Positions 50,722-62,705 of a stretch of DNA of 64,000 nucleotides are shown here, piece after piece. A model generated the notes under the pieces. That model saw only the letters and a program-made list of their open reading frames with translations, ran no database searches and had not been told where the DNA came from. Each line of letters starts with the position of its first letter. The stretch's first letter is position 1. The DNA comes from Octopus sinensis. Lineage: Eukaryota. Made by a program: the position numbers and the translations under genes. The stretch is taken from positions 15,996,001 through 16,060,000 of the forward strand of contig NC_043020.1 of assembly GCF_006345805.1 (NCBI RefSeq). Reading direction: 5' to 3'.

Positions 50722-50726
50722 TAATA

Positions 50727-51116
50727 AAGATCAGTAAATATAAAGACTTGCTAATAGAAATTGAAAAAAATGTGGCATCTCAAGGCGACTACAGTACCAA
50801 TGATTGTAGGAGCTCTAGGAATGATAAAAAAAGGTACTGAAACCTATTTGAAAATGATACCAGGCTTACCATCCCTACAGGAGGTGCAAAAATTCATGAT
50901 AACTGGAACGGTTCAAGTACTGAGAAGAGCATTATCGCTGTGAAAACAACACCCATTCATGAATTTATTTATTTATTAATTTTTTTAAATACATATTTTA
51001 CCTGTGAATTTGCGTGTGTAATCTGGGAATGCATACAATGAGCTTCTCTGCCCTAGGTGTACGGAAAACATCCGGCGGGAAACGGAAGAAAATTTGAAGA
51101 AAGAAGGAAAAAAAAA

Positions 51117-51117
<1 letters not shown>
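50727..51117 (+). mobile_element. R4/Dong-like RLE element 3' end (third family), downstream of (TAA)n
   Basis: KISKYKDLLIEIEK-MWHLKATTVPMIVGALGMIKKG...TGTVQVLRRALSL*, then a 3' UTR up to (TGA)n. Confidence 0.83.
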
Positions 51118-51172
<55 letters not shown>

Positions 51173-51201
51173 GGTTGTGGTGGTGGTGATGATGATGATG
51201 G

Positions 51202-51244
<43 letters not shown>

Positions 51245-51689
51245 CTGCATAATATACTCCAGTGGAAAACAATGTTTGGAAAAAGCATGTGATGGTCATG
51301 GATGGAGTGGCTTTGATCGTAGGTGATCTGGGACCCAGCAACAACAGCAACAATAATGGTAACATGAAACGAAAGTGAAAGTAAGAACCAAAACAGCAGT
51401 GGTATTAGCAACAACAGTAACAGAGGTAAATGGTATGAATGAAAATATGAATGAAAAGATATTTATTAGTATTGGTGGCAGTAGTGGTAGTGGTGGTAGT
51501 GGTGGTGGTTCTGGTTGTTGTTGTGATGGTAGTGGGTGGCTGCAGCAGTGTAGGTTGTCAATGGTCAAATGCTTATACATATATGGATATATTTATATAT
51601 ATATGTATATGTGTATGTATGTATGTTTGTGGTATGTGTATGTGTGGGTTTGTGTGAATATGTTTTCGTACACTACATGCATGTCTGAG

Positions 51690-51701
51690 TGTGTGTGTGT
51701 A

Positions 51702-51744
<43 letters not shown>

Positions 51745-52255
51745 GTGTGTATCTATACACAAAGAATGTTATATGAGGTTTTCTTTCTGCATGTTATTAA
51801 TGGTTACACACATGAACACACACACACAAACAAATAAACATACATACATACATACATACATACATACATACATACATACATACATACATACATACACACA
51901 CACACATACCTACCAACCTGCATACATACATACGTATGTATGTACATACATACATACATTCATACATACATACATACATACATACATTCATACATACATA
52001 CATACATACATACATACATAAATTCATACATACATACATACATACATACATACATACATGCATGCATACGTACATACATACGTACATACATACATACATA
52101 CATACATACGTACATACATACATACTTACATACATACATACTTACGTACATACATACATACATATAAACATACATACATACATACACATACACACACATA
52201 CCTACCTACCTGATTACATGCATACGTACATACGTACATACATACATACATAGGC
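51690..52255. repeat. (TG)n followed by (CATA)n microsatellites
   Basis: Direct inspection. Confidence 0.95.
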
Positions 52256-52515
52256 CCGAAAGGTTACAGGTTAAATATTTATATGTGTACATAAATGTTA
52301 TCCATGAATGCACTTGTAACCATGCATGCACACATATGCACATGTGCACCTTACCCCCACTTCCCATGCTCACAAATGTTTTGCAACTGTCTATACATGT
52401 GTGTGCGTGTGTGTGGATATGTGTATACACGCACACACATATATATATATGTACTGTATACTTTGATACTTTGATTAATACACATACACACATACACACA
52501 CACATATATACATAC

Positions 52516-52548
<33 letters not shown>

Positions 52549-52591
52549 TATATATATAAACACACACAAACATATTTATATATATATATGC

Positions 52592-52628
<37 letters not shown>

Positions 52629-52654
52629 TATATATGTGTGTATATGTACATGTA

Positions 52655-52737
<83 letters not shown>

Positions 52738-52875
52738 GCACATATATATATATAAATATAATATATGTACATATATATATATATAAATATAAATATATGT
52801 ACACACACATATATATATATATATATTATATATATGTACATATATTTATATACATATATATATATATACATACAT

Positions 52876-52922
<47 letters not shown>

Positions 52923-53279
52923 TTTACCATTATCATCATCATTTAATGTCCCTTCTCCATACATACATACATACATACATTGTAATAGTTCAAAGGATGT
53001 TTATTCGGTAATGAACCTCGCACTTGTCTCTCTTTCTGCCTCTCTGTCTCTCTTACACACACCCTGTCCCCTTCAGTGTGTCCCTTCCTCCCACACTCCC
53101 ACTTTCTCACTTTCACAATCTATTATTATCCCTCACACCTCCACTCTCACACATCCCACGCCACTCTCTCTCCCCTTCTCTCTCTCACTTCACCCCTCTC
53201 TCTCATCTTCTCTCTGTAGCTTTAGTTCCATTTCTTGAAATTCTGATTTCACAAATTCTCACATTAGTCGATGTCATGA

Positions 53280-54800
53280 GTGTAGCTGTTAAGCGTTGAG
53301 TGTGACTCAGTTGGCCCTGTGCCTATAAAAGAAGCTATCAATGAATAGAGCATGAGTGAAAGAAGAAATGAAGAAATGAAAGAATGCATGAGTGGAGGTG
53401 GAATGCATGAGTGGGTGAGTACGTAAGTGCATGAGTACGTAAGTGCGTGAGTGTATGTGTGGGTGGAGTGAGTCTGTAAGTGAGCATGTGAGTGTGTGAG
53501 CATGTGTGTGAGTGTATGTGTGGGTGGAGTGAGTCTGTGAGTGGGCATGTGAGTGTGTGAGCGTGTGTGTGAGTGTATGTGTGGGTGAAGTGAGTGAGTC
53601 TGTGAGTGAGCATGTTAGTGTGGGAGCGTGTGTGTGAGTGTATGTGTGGGTGGAGTGAGTGAGTCTGTGAGTGAGCATGTGAGTGTGTGAGCGTGTGTGT
53701 GAGTGTATGTGTGGGTGAAGTGAGTGAGTCTGTGAGTGAGCATGTGAGTGTGTGAGCTATGTGTGAATGTGTGATTGTGTGTTTATATGTGTGTGAGTGA
53801 GTGTGTAAGTGTATGCATGTATGTATATGTGTGTGTGAATGTGTAGATGAGTGAGTGTAGGTGTGTGTATCTATGTGTGAGTGAATGTGTGGGTGAGAGA
53901 GTGAGTGTGTGAGTAAACATGTGAGTGTGCGAGTGTATGTGTGTGTGTGTATGTGTGGGTGGAGTGAGTGGGTGAGTGATAATGTGAGTGTGTGAGTGTA
54001 TGTGTGGGTGGAGTGAGTGAGTGAGTCTGTGAGTGAGCATGTGAGTGTGTGAGCGTGTGTTTGAATGTGTGATTGTGTGTGTATATGTGTGTGAGTGAGT
54101 GTGTAAGTGCATGCATGTATGTATATGTGTGTGTGAATGTGTGGGTGAGTGAGTATGTGAGTGTAGGCATGTGTGTATGTGTGTGAGTGAATGTGTGGGT
54201 GAGAGAGTGAGTGTGTGAGTGAACATGTGAGTGTGCGAGTGTAGGTGTGTGTGTGTGTATATGTGTATGAGTGAATGTGTGGGTGAGTGAGTGGGTGAGT
54301 GAGCTTGTGAGTATGTGATTGTGTGAGTGCATGTCTGTATATGTGTGTGAGTGAATGTATGTGTGAGTGAGTGTGAGTGAGTGTGTGAGTGTAGGTGTGT
54401 GAGTGTAGGTGTGTGAGTGAATGTGTGGATGAGTGAGTGTGTGTGTGTTTGTGAGTGATGGATGAATCAGTGAATGAGTGTATGGGTGAAAGGGTGAGTG
54501 TATGTGTGTGTGTGGGTGAATGAGAGAGAGTGTGGATGAGTGTGTGTGAGTGATGGGTGAGTAAGTGTGTGAGTGTGTGTGTGAATACCCAATGGTATGT
54601 GAGTGTGTGAGTGAGTGTGTGGGTGAATGAACGAGAGTGTGAATGAATGTGTGAGTGTGTATATGCAAATATACAAGTGAGTGAGTGTATATGTGAGAAC
54701 GTGCGGTCGAATGTGTGCATGAGTGTGTGTATGTGTGTGTATGTGAGTGAGTGACTGGATGTGTGAATGTACAAGCAAATGTGTGAGTGCATTTTTTACA
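53280..54800. repeat. Complex (GTGA/GTGT)n repeat with ~60-bp and ~300-bp higher-order units
   Basis: GAGTGTATGTGTGGGTG(G/A)AGTGAG..TCTGTGAGTGAGCATG repeats about six times. 53761 onward is repeated at about 54060. Confidence 0.88.
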
Positions 54801-55684
54801 GTGAGAGAGAAAGATAAATAGATAAGAGGGAGAGAGAGGGAGAAGGAGAAAGAGGGAAAAACAAGAGAGAGAGAGAGGAAATGGAGAGAGAAAAGAGAGA
54901 AAGAGAGAGAGAGAGAGAATTAGTATAATCAAGGCAATTTATCATGTGTTTGAAAAGGTACTTTTGCAGTTATTAATATTCTTGCTCCTGCTTTTGATGA
55001 CGATGACGACAATGATGATGATGCTGATGATGACAACCATGACGATAATAATGATGATGATGATGATGACAATGACGACGACTACAACGATGATGATGAT
55101 GACAACGATGATGGGGATAATGATGGTGAGGAGAAGGAGGATGGTGATAATAATGATGGTGAGTGTTGATGGCATTGATGATGGACAAGGATGGAGGATG
55201 GTGATGACGAAGACGGTGTTAATCGTGTGATGAGTGGTGAAGATGGTAATTGGTTGTCATGGTGATGACAAGAGGTCAAATTTGTTATAAGTGTATATTA
55301 AAACATTTTGCATTAGAGATTACATATGTATGCCTCCCTCCCACCTCTCTCTCTCTCTCTCTTTAAATATATACGCACACACACATACAGACACACATAG
55401 TGAATAGATTGGGATAAAGTATCCAAGCAAGTACCACACAAGCATTCAGTTATAATCCAGGTTGTAACTAACTGCCACGAGTTGTAAGGAGCAGCTAGGA
55501 ATACTTAAGGTAAGCAATTACAACATATTTCACCCAAAGGGAAAATCCTGGGTCCACTTTACCAGTTTATAAATAGTTTCCTGAGTGTATAGCCAGGGCA
55601 GTTCCAGTGTAATGGAAATCAATAAAATATGCAGATTTATTAATCTACATATTCATTGTAATTGTCTTACACACACACATAATG

Positions 55685-55735
<51 letters not shown>

Positions 55736-55963
55736 TCAGAGAGTATAACTCCAAACTTACAGGGAAAAATTCAATTTAGTATTAAATCAAACTTCACAAT
55801 ATAAATATATAATATATATAAATTAGAGAAAAACCACTATTATTCAAATCAAACAATGATAGACATAAACCATATCATATAGAAAAAATAAAATATATTA
55901 TAAACATATATCTAGATCATAAAAAGTACAAAAAATGCATAAACACTATATGATAAGTAAAAA

Positions 55964-56065
55964 GACTATGTACGTTTTGTGGCTATAACTTCAATTCGAA
56001 TTACTATTAAATTTAAATTTAATCCAAAAGCAATTCAATTTAAAAGTATAGTCACTCCTCAGGTC
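55964..56065 (-). ncRNA. Fossil type-I hammerhead-ribozyme-like motif with a long stem II
   Basis: Reverse complement GAC-CTGAGGA-GTGACTATA...TATAGCCAC-AAAAC GTAC AT A-GTC. Canonical except for two G>A changes, both at CpG positions. Confidence 0.5.
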
Positions 56066-56142
56066 AACAATAATAACAATAATACATATTTTTAATAAAT
56101 AATCAAATAAAATTAAACAATATTTCTTAAAGAAATAAAAAC

Positions 56143-56176
<34 letters not shown>

Positions 56177-56488
56177 AAATGTAAAGTATTATATATTCAT
56201 TATGGTCAATCTGAACAATTAACTTTGCACTAAAGGTTCAGCAGAGTGTTAGGTGTAGCAGACCTGATTATGTTACTCTGCACTCTTCAGAGATGGAAGT
56301 TATGGAATCCATAATTGTCATCTCTGAAGAGTATAGTGTTTTATATATATATATCAATATATATTATATTCAAAACAGTTTGACTCAGTTCTATGTGACT
56401 TCAAGATTCCTAGGTTACTAACTGATGCTAGTCTCTTACAGAATATGTATGTATATATGTGTATATATATATATATATATATAATATA

Positions 56489-56519
<31 letters not shown>

Positions 56520-57284
56520 TATACACATATATATATAGGTGCAGGTGGCACGCAAAAAACACCCACTACACTCGCGGAGTGGTTGGCGTTAGGAAGGGCA
56601 TCCAGCCGTAGAAACACTGCCAGATCTGACTGGGCCTGACGAAGCCTTCCAGCTTCACAGACCCCAGTTGACCCGTCCAACCCATGCTAGCATGGAAGGC
56701 GGACGCTAAACGATGATGATGATGATGATGATGATATATATATACAGAGCTGGGCATAAATCCATTAATCATTCATTAACGAAGTTAACATTTTTGCTAA
56801 TGATTTAACTTTTAAGTTAACTTCAAAAATCATTATTGGACTAATAAACTTACGTTACGTTTAGCTTCCATTGACTCAAGTCCGTTAACCCATAAATTTC
56901 ATAAAAACTGGTAAATATTTCAAACTTTCTCTTGTTTTCAGATTGTGTTAGCATATATGATACTGTATGCATCATTCTTTCAACCCCAATATAATGCCAC
57001 TTATTATTATTGATAACTTGTAGGACCTCGTTTGGCCCTGCCTGGTTTTGAAACCATATCCACCTGCTTGTTGCTTGCCAAAACAGTGGGAAATTTCTTT
57101 GTCCTGTCAAGAGGGAACAGTGATTGATGTGTTTCCATTTGATCTGTGACCTTGCTGAAGTGGATGTCAACATAGAAAATATTGACCTCCATAAAGTGGA
57201 AAAAATAAATGGAAGGAAAAAGCGGGTAAATATTTCGGTGTGAGGAGGAGCTGTTTATGTGTGATTTCGATGTCTGTCTGTCTG

Positions 57285-57348
<64 letters not shown>

Positions 57349-57494
57349 CCATATATCTATCTATCTTTCTATGTGTCTATGTATCTATCTATCTATCTAT
57401 CCATCTATCTATCTTTCAATCTATCTATCTATCTGTAAGTGTATGTGTATACTCATATATATATATATATATAATATATATATATATTATATAT

Positions 57495-57527
<33 letters not shown>

Positions 57528-58209
57528 GCTTGTATATACATATGTAAGTGTATACATATGTAAGTGCATACTCATATATACAGATAAAAGAGTGAACAAA
57601 AGCAGTTCATTCTGAGCTATACATGTTACTGTAGCAACACATTTATAATGTGCAGTTATATGCATTACATATATTAGAAATAATTAGAAATATGTGCCAC
57701 ATCTCCAGACCCCTGAACTGCATCAGTGCAGCAACCCCATTCAAAAAATCCAACAAACAGTCAAGCTAATATTAACAGTAGTAGTGAGAAAAAGGCAAAC
57801 AACCAATCAGACACCTAGGTTATTGTCATAAATACCTAAAAAGAAAAGCTTGACAAAGATTTATAACATCTATTCTGACATTCAACTTAAATCACACCAC
57901 ACCCTCACTGCAATAAGGTAATTAAGCTGGTGCCTCGTAAAATGCTTTAGTGATAGTAAAGGATTATGTACGAACTAATTTTAAGAAGAAGAAGAGACTC
58001 CTTTACTCTTTTGCTCTATTACTTGTTTCAATCATTTGACTGTGGCCATGCTAGAGCACCACCTTTAGTCGAGCAAATTGACCCCCAGGACTTATTCTTT
58101 GTAAGCCTAGTACTTATTCTATTCGTCTCTTTTGCTGAACCGCTAAGTTACGGGGATGTAAACACACCAGCATCGGTTGTCAAGTGATGTTGGGGGGACA
58201 AACACAGAC

Positions 58210-58256
<47 letters not shown>

Positions 58257-58438
58257 GCTTCTTTCAGTTTCCGTCTACCAAATCCATTCACAAGGCTTTG
58301 ATCAGCTCAATGCTATAGTAGAAGACACTTGCCTAAGGTGTCACACTGTGGGACTGAACCCAGAACCATGTCGTTCGTAAGCAAGCTACTTACCACACAG
58401 CCACTCCTACACCTTTAAAAATTTCATTATGGGAAGCT

Positions 58439-59045
58439 AAAACATTTTTGTCTTACTTTTAGTATTACTAAAATATAAAAATATAACAGTAAATATAATT
58501 GGTTATAGTAATAGAAGTGTTGTCTGGAAAAAAAGTGGACTAGAATGAAAAATGCAGGTGCAAAGTGATAGAATATTCTTAAGTATTAAACTTGGAGAAG
58601 AAGAAGACAGGTAATAATTAAGCCTGGAAAAGTACAGGACAAGAAGAAGAAATTAAAAATTTTGCTGCTGAAGTTTGAATTTACTAAATAATTTCTGAAA
58701 TTGTTCGTCAAAGAGTGTGTGCACTGTTATGCTTTTTATTGCAAAGTTATAAAGTTTAAGTTTATATATTTGATTTTAAAATGTCTTTATGTTAAACTAA
58801 AACAGTTGTCTTACTAACGTATTACTAAAATGAAAAAAATATAAAGGTAAACATAATTATAGTAATAGAAAAGTTGCCAGGGGAAAAAGAGGACTAGAAT
58901 GAAAAATACAGGTGCAAAGTGCTAGAATATTATAAAGTATTAAACCTGGAGAAGAACAGGACAAGCAGTAATTAAGTCTGGGAAAGTATAGGACAAGAAG
59001 AAAAAAGATTCAAAATTTTGCTGCTGAAGTTAGAATTTAAGAACT
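58439..59045. repeat. Diverged direct duplication (~250 bp of similarity, ~360-bp spacing)
   Basis: AAAACA.TT.GTCTTACT...GGACTAGAATGAAAAAT.CAGGTGCAAAGTG.TAGAATATT...TTTTGCTGCTGAAGTT.GAATTTA at 58439 and 58799. Confidence 0.85.
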
Positions 59046-59532
59046 AAAATAATAATATTTACCCTTTTATATTTTTTATTTTTACTTATGTAAAAATAAA
59101 AAATATAAAAGGATAAAAGTTTAAATCAAAATACCCAAGAAACCATTTATTTTCAAATTTTAGTGAGAAGACTACTTGCCAGCCAGTTTACACATTAAAA
59201 ATCTAATATTACAAATTTAGTGTTTTATATATTTTAAAAAATCACATAATAACAATTTAAGCCAAATTGGCAATCTATTATAACCCCTAAGTTTCTACAT
59301 TTTGCACTCAGTTTACTTACTCTTTTACTTGTTTCAGTCATTTGACTGTGGCCATGCTGGAGCACCACCTTTAGTTGCGCAAGTCAACCCTAGGACTTAT
59401 TCTTTGTACACCTAGTACTTATTCTATCAGTCTCTTTTGCCGAACTGCTAAGTTATGGGGATGTAAACACACCAGCATCGGTTGTCAAGCAATGTTAGGG
59501 GACAAACATAGACACAAACATATACACACATT

Positions 59533-59586
<54 letters not shown>

Positions 59587-60019
59587 CACGACGGGCTTCT
59601 TTCAGTTTCCGCCTACCAAACCCACTCACAATCTTTGTTCAGCCCAAGGGTATAGTAGAAGACACTTGCCCAAGGTGCTATACAGTGGGACTGAATCTGG
59701 AACCATGTGCTTGGTAAGCAAGCTACTTACCACACAACCACTCCTACATGTATATATATGATGATGGACTCTCCCATCAAAGATGATGTATGAGCATTCA
59801 GCCTGCACAAATGATTTGTATATGGTGATCAAATATTCATGCCATGTATTTGCTCACTCTCCCCATAAAATCTACGTTGTCTGAACAGGTTAACGGTGTA
59901 TCATGCATCAGGTGTTGAAGTGATTGAAGGGCTTTGCTCAAGAACACAATGCATCACCTGGTCTTAAAATTGAAATCATGATCAGTTGATCATGAGTGCA
60001 ACACCCTAACCACTAAGCC

Positions 60020-60049
<30 letters not shown>

Positions 60050-60051
<2 letters not shown>

Positions 60052-60347
60052 GGAGGCGCAATGGCCCAGTCATTAGGGCAGCAGATTTGTGGTCGTAGGA
60101 TCACGGTTTTGATTCCCAGACCGGGCATTGTGAGCGTTTATTGAAAGAAAACACCTAAAAACTCCATGAGGCTCCGGCAGGGGGTGGTGATCCCTGCTGT
60201 ACTCTTTCACTACTCTTTCTTCTGTTGGCCTGCTCGCTTAGCCAGTGGGGTGGCGTCATTCGAAGGCTAAAACAATGCGAACGCATTGTGACCAGCGATG
60301 TGTAGCAACATCTGATGGTCTAGTCGGTCACGTGATCACGTGATATA
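60050..60347 (+). mobile_element. SINE family D, CACGTGATCACGTGA tail
   Basis: Head GTGGAGGCGCAATGGCCCAGT...; the tail is shared with 6733-6851 and 8870-9000. Confidence 0.85.
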
Positions 60348-60387
60348 TATACATACATATATATGTATATATAAATAATAAAAATAT

Positions 60388-60640
60388 AAATGTGCCCTTT
60401 TAAAGCCTAGCCAGGCTCATGGGCACGGTTTCCTGGATTCTATGGCGTGGGTCTTCCCCAGAGATGGACGGGACGCCAGTCCATCACAGCGTTACTTATT
60501 TTTGCCAGCTGAGTGGACTGGAGCAACATGAAATGAAGTGTTTTGCTCAAGAACACAACGCGTCACCCGGTCCAGGAATCGAAACCACGATCTTACGATC
60601 ATGATGCTGACACCCTAACCACTAAGCCACGCGCCTCCAC
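60388..60640 (-). mobile_element. SINE family E, full length
   Basis: Matches 36735-36980. Confidence 0.83.
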
Positions 60641-60694
60641 ATATGTATATACAAGCATATATATATATACACATATACATGTGTGTGTGTGTTC

Positions 60695-60733
<39 letters not shown>

Positions 60734-60848
60734 GAAAGGGAGAGACAGAGAAAGCGAGTAATGACTAGATATGTACACAAACACATATACATAAATAACT
60801 TACATACATTTACATATACTTGTATATGTGTGTGTATATATGTATATG

Positions 60849-60901
<53 letters not shown>

Positions 60902-61654
60902 GCATTCGTATATGTGTGTGTGTGTAGATATGTATGTACGTATGTATTTATGTATGTATACCTGTATGTACATACGTATGTACGTATGCATATACTTTGC
61001 AATACTTCATATTGTTTATAACCATACCAATTAATATCGAGATGGAAGCTTATAATAGAATGTAAAAATACATCATTATGTGATATTGTTGATATGAAAC
61101 TGAATAATTGCTGGCTTACGATGATATAATGTTAAGCTATATTGTATAGTTATAGGTTAGCCATTGATATAGCATTAGATTTATCGGAATTATGAATAGC
61201 GGCCAAGATAACAGCACAATCTATTGCTATGTACTTTATACAGAGTATTTTATGGAAGGTCTATGATAGGCTGTTTTTTGTAGTTGCTGGTATTTTTTTT
61301 GTTGTTGTGGTTTTTTTTGTAGTTCATGATGATGTTTTTTGAGGTTGTTGTAATTGCTGTGGTTGTTATTGTTGCTGTTGTCTTTGATACTGTCGTAGTC
61401 ATTACTGTTATTATTACTATTGTCATTTAGGCTGTGATCTGGCTGAAGTGTTAGCATGGTGGACAAAATGCTTAGCAGTATGATGTCTGTCTTTACATTC
61501 TGAGTTCAAATTCCACCACTCTTGATTTAACCTTTTATACTTTTGGGGTCAACAAATTAAGCACCAGTCAAGCTCTTGGGTCAATGAAATCAACTAGTCT
61601 CCTCCTTGAAAATTTCGGGATGTGTGCCCATGGTAGAAAGAATTTTTGTCATCA

Positions 61655-61932
61655 TTGATTTGACTCAGTTTTGTTCTTATTCCTTGTAGAATTTATGTAG
61701 GTAGCAGGTTACTACCTGTAACCTTCGGTATCCACAATCTTTCAATAGTCTTTCAAGTGTTTAAGACTCTCCTGATAAATCTTTCCTGTCCTTTAAGAGG
61801 CAAAGCATTTTGTAGAAGCTCTACAGGGCATTCTATTCCAATCTCTTTCAATCATTTGTCTATATCTTTGCTTGCAGTTCCAAACATACCAATTATTATT
61901 GGCACAACCTTTACAATTTTCATATTCCAAAT
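61655..61932 (-). mobile_element. R4/Dong-like RLE element 3' end adjoining (TTA)n
   Basis: Reverse complement gives WNMKIVKVVPIIIGMFGTASKDIDK*LKEIGIECPVELLQ; homologous to 45362-45650. Confidence 0.78.
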
Positions 61933-62084
61933 TATTATTATTATTATTAATATTATTATCATTATTAATATTATTATTATTGATATTATTATTATTTATA
62001 TTATTATTATTAATATTATTATTATTAATATTATTATTATTAATATTATTAATATTAATATTATTAAAATTCTTCTTCTTCTTC

Positions 62085-62595
62085 TTCTTCTTCTTCTTCT
62101 TCTTCTTCTTCCAGTCAGGACTCATGCCATTAGCCACAAAGAATAATCTCTAATTCGAGCCTACTCTAAGCTACTAAGAATGCGTGTGGCAACTTGAAGA
62201 TCCACCCACCACATGCCATAGACTGGTGGTTGCACAGGTGCGAAAGCTATGTTGTTATCCTCATTCCGTAAACGGTGGCTTTTAACGGGTGGAGAGCTGA
62301 ACCATCCTGGGCTACAGATGATTCGCAATCTAGACTAGGGTCTGAAAGTTTACTATACCATAGTGGGTTACACCATGGTTCCACTGCTTTGTGGAAGAAG
62401 TAGGAAGAAAGAGTGAGAGAAAGTTGTGGTAAAAGAGTACAGCAGGGTTCACCCCCCCCCACCCCCCGCCAGAGCCTCATGGAGCTTAGGTGTTTTTGCT
62501 CAATAAACACTCACAATGTCCGGTCTGGAAATCGAAACCGCGTTCTTATGACTGCAAGTCCGCTGCCCTAACCACTGGGCCATTGCACCTCCACT
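62085..62595 (-). mobile_element. SINE family D with a fourth, longer 3' tail ending in (GAA)n
   Basis: Family D head at 62595 on the minus strand, a unique tail of about 290 bp, and (CTT)n at 62085-62110. Confidence 0.75.
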
Positions 62596-62705
62596 TGTTG
62601 CTGTTGTTGACCTATGATGATCTATGCTGAAAAGACATTTCAACTGTGATTAACCCATCTTCTTTTTTCATTTTTCAGGTGCAGTACATTTAGGATCACA
62701 TTATG

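Noticed and set aside
53338-54792. 484-aa His/Thr-rich ORF, and other long H/T/Y/I/C/V-rich ORFs (13703, 27936, 29624, 52206, 53871)
   Set aside because: These are translations of (CA)n, (AT)n, (GTGA)n and (GGT)n repeats, which lack stop codons by construction.
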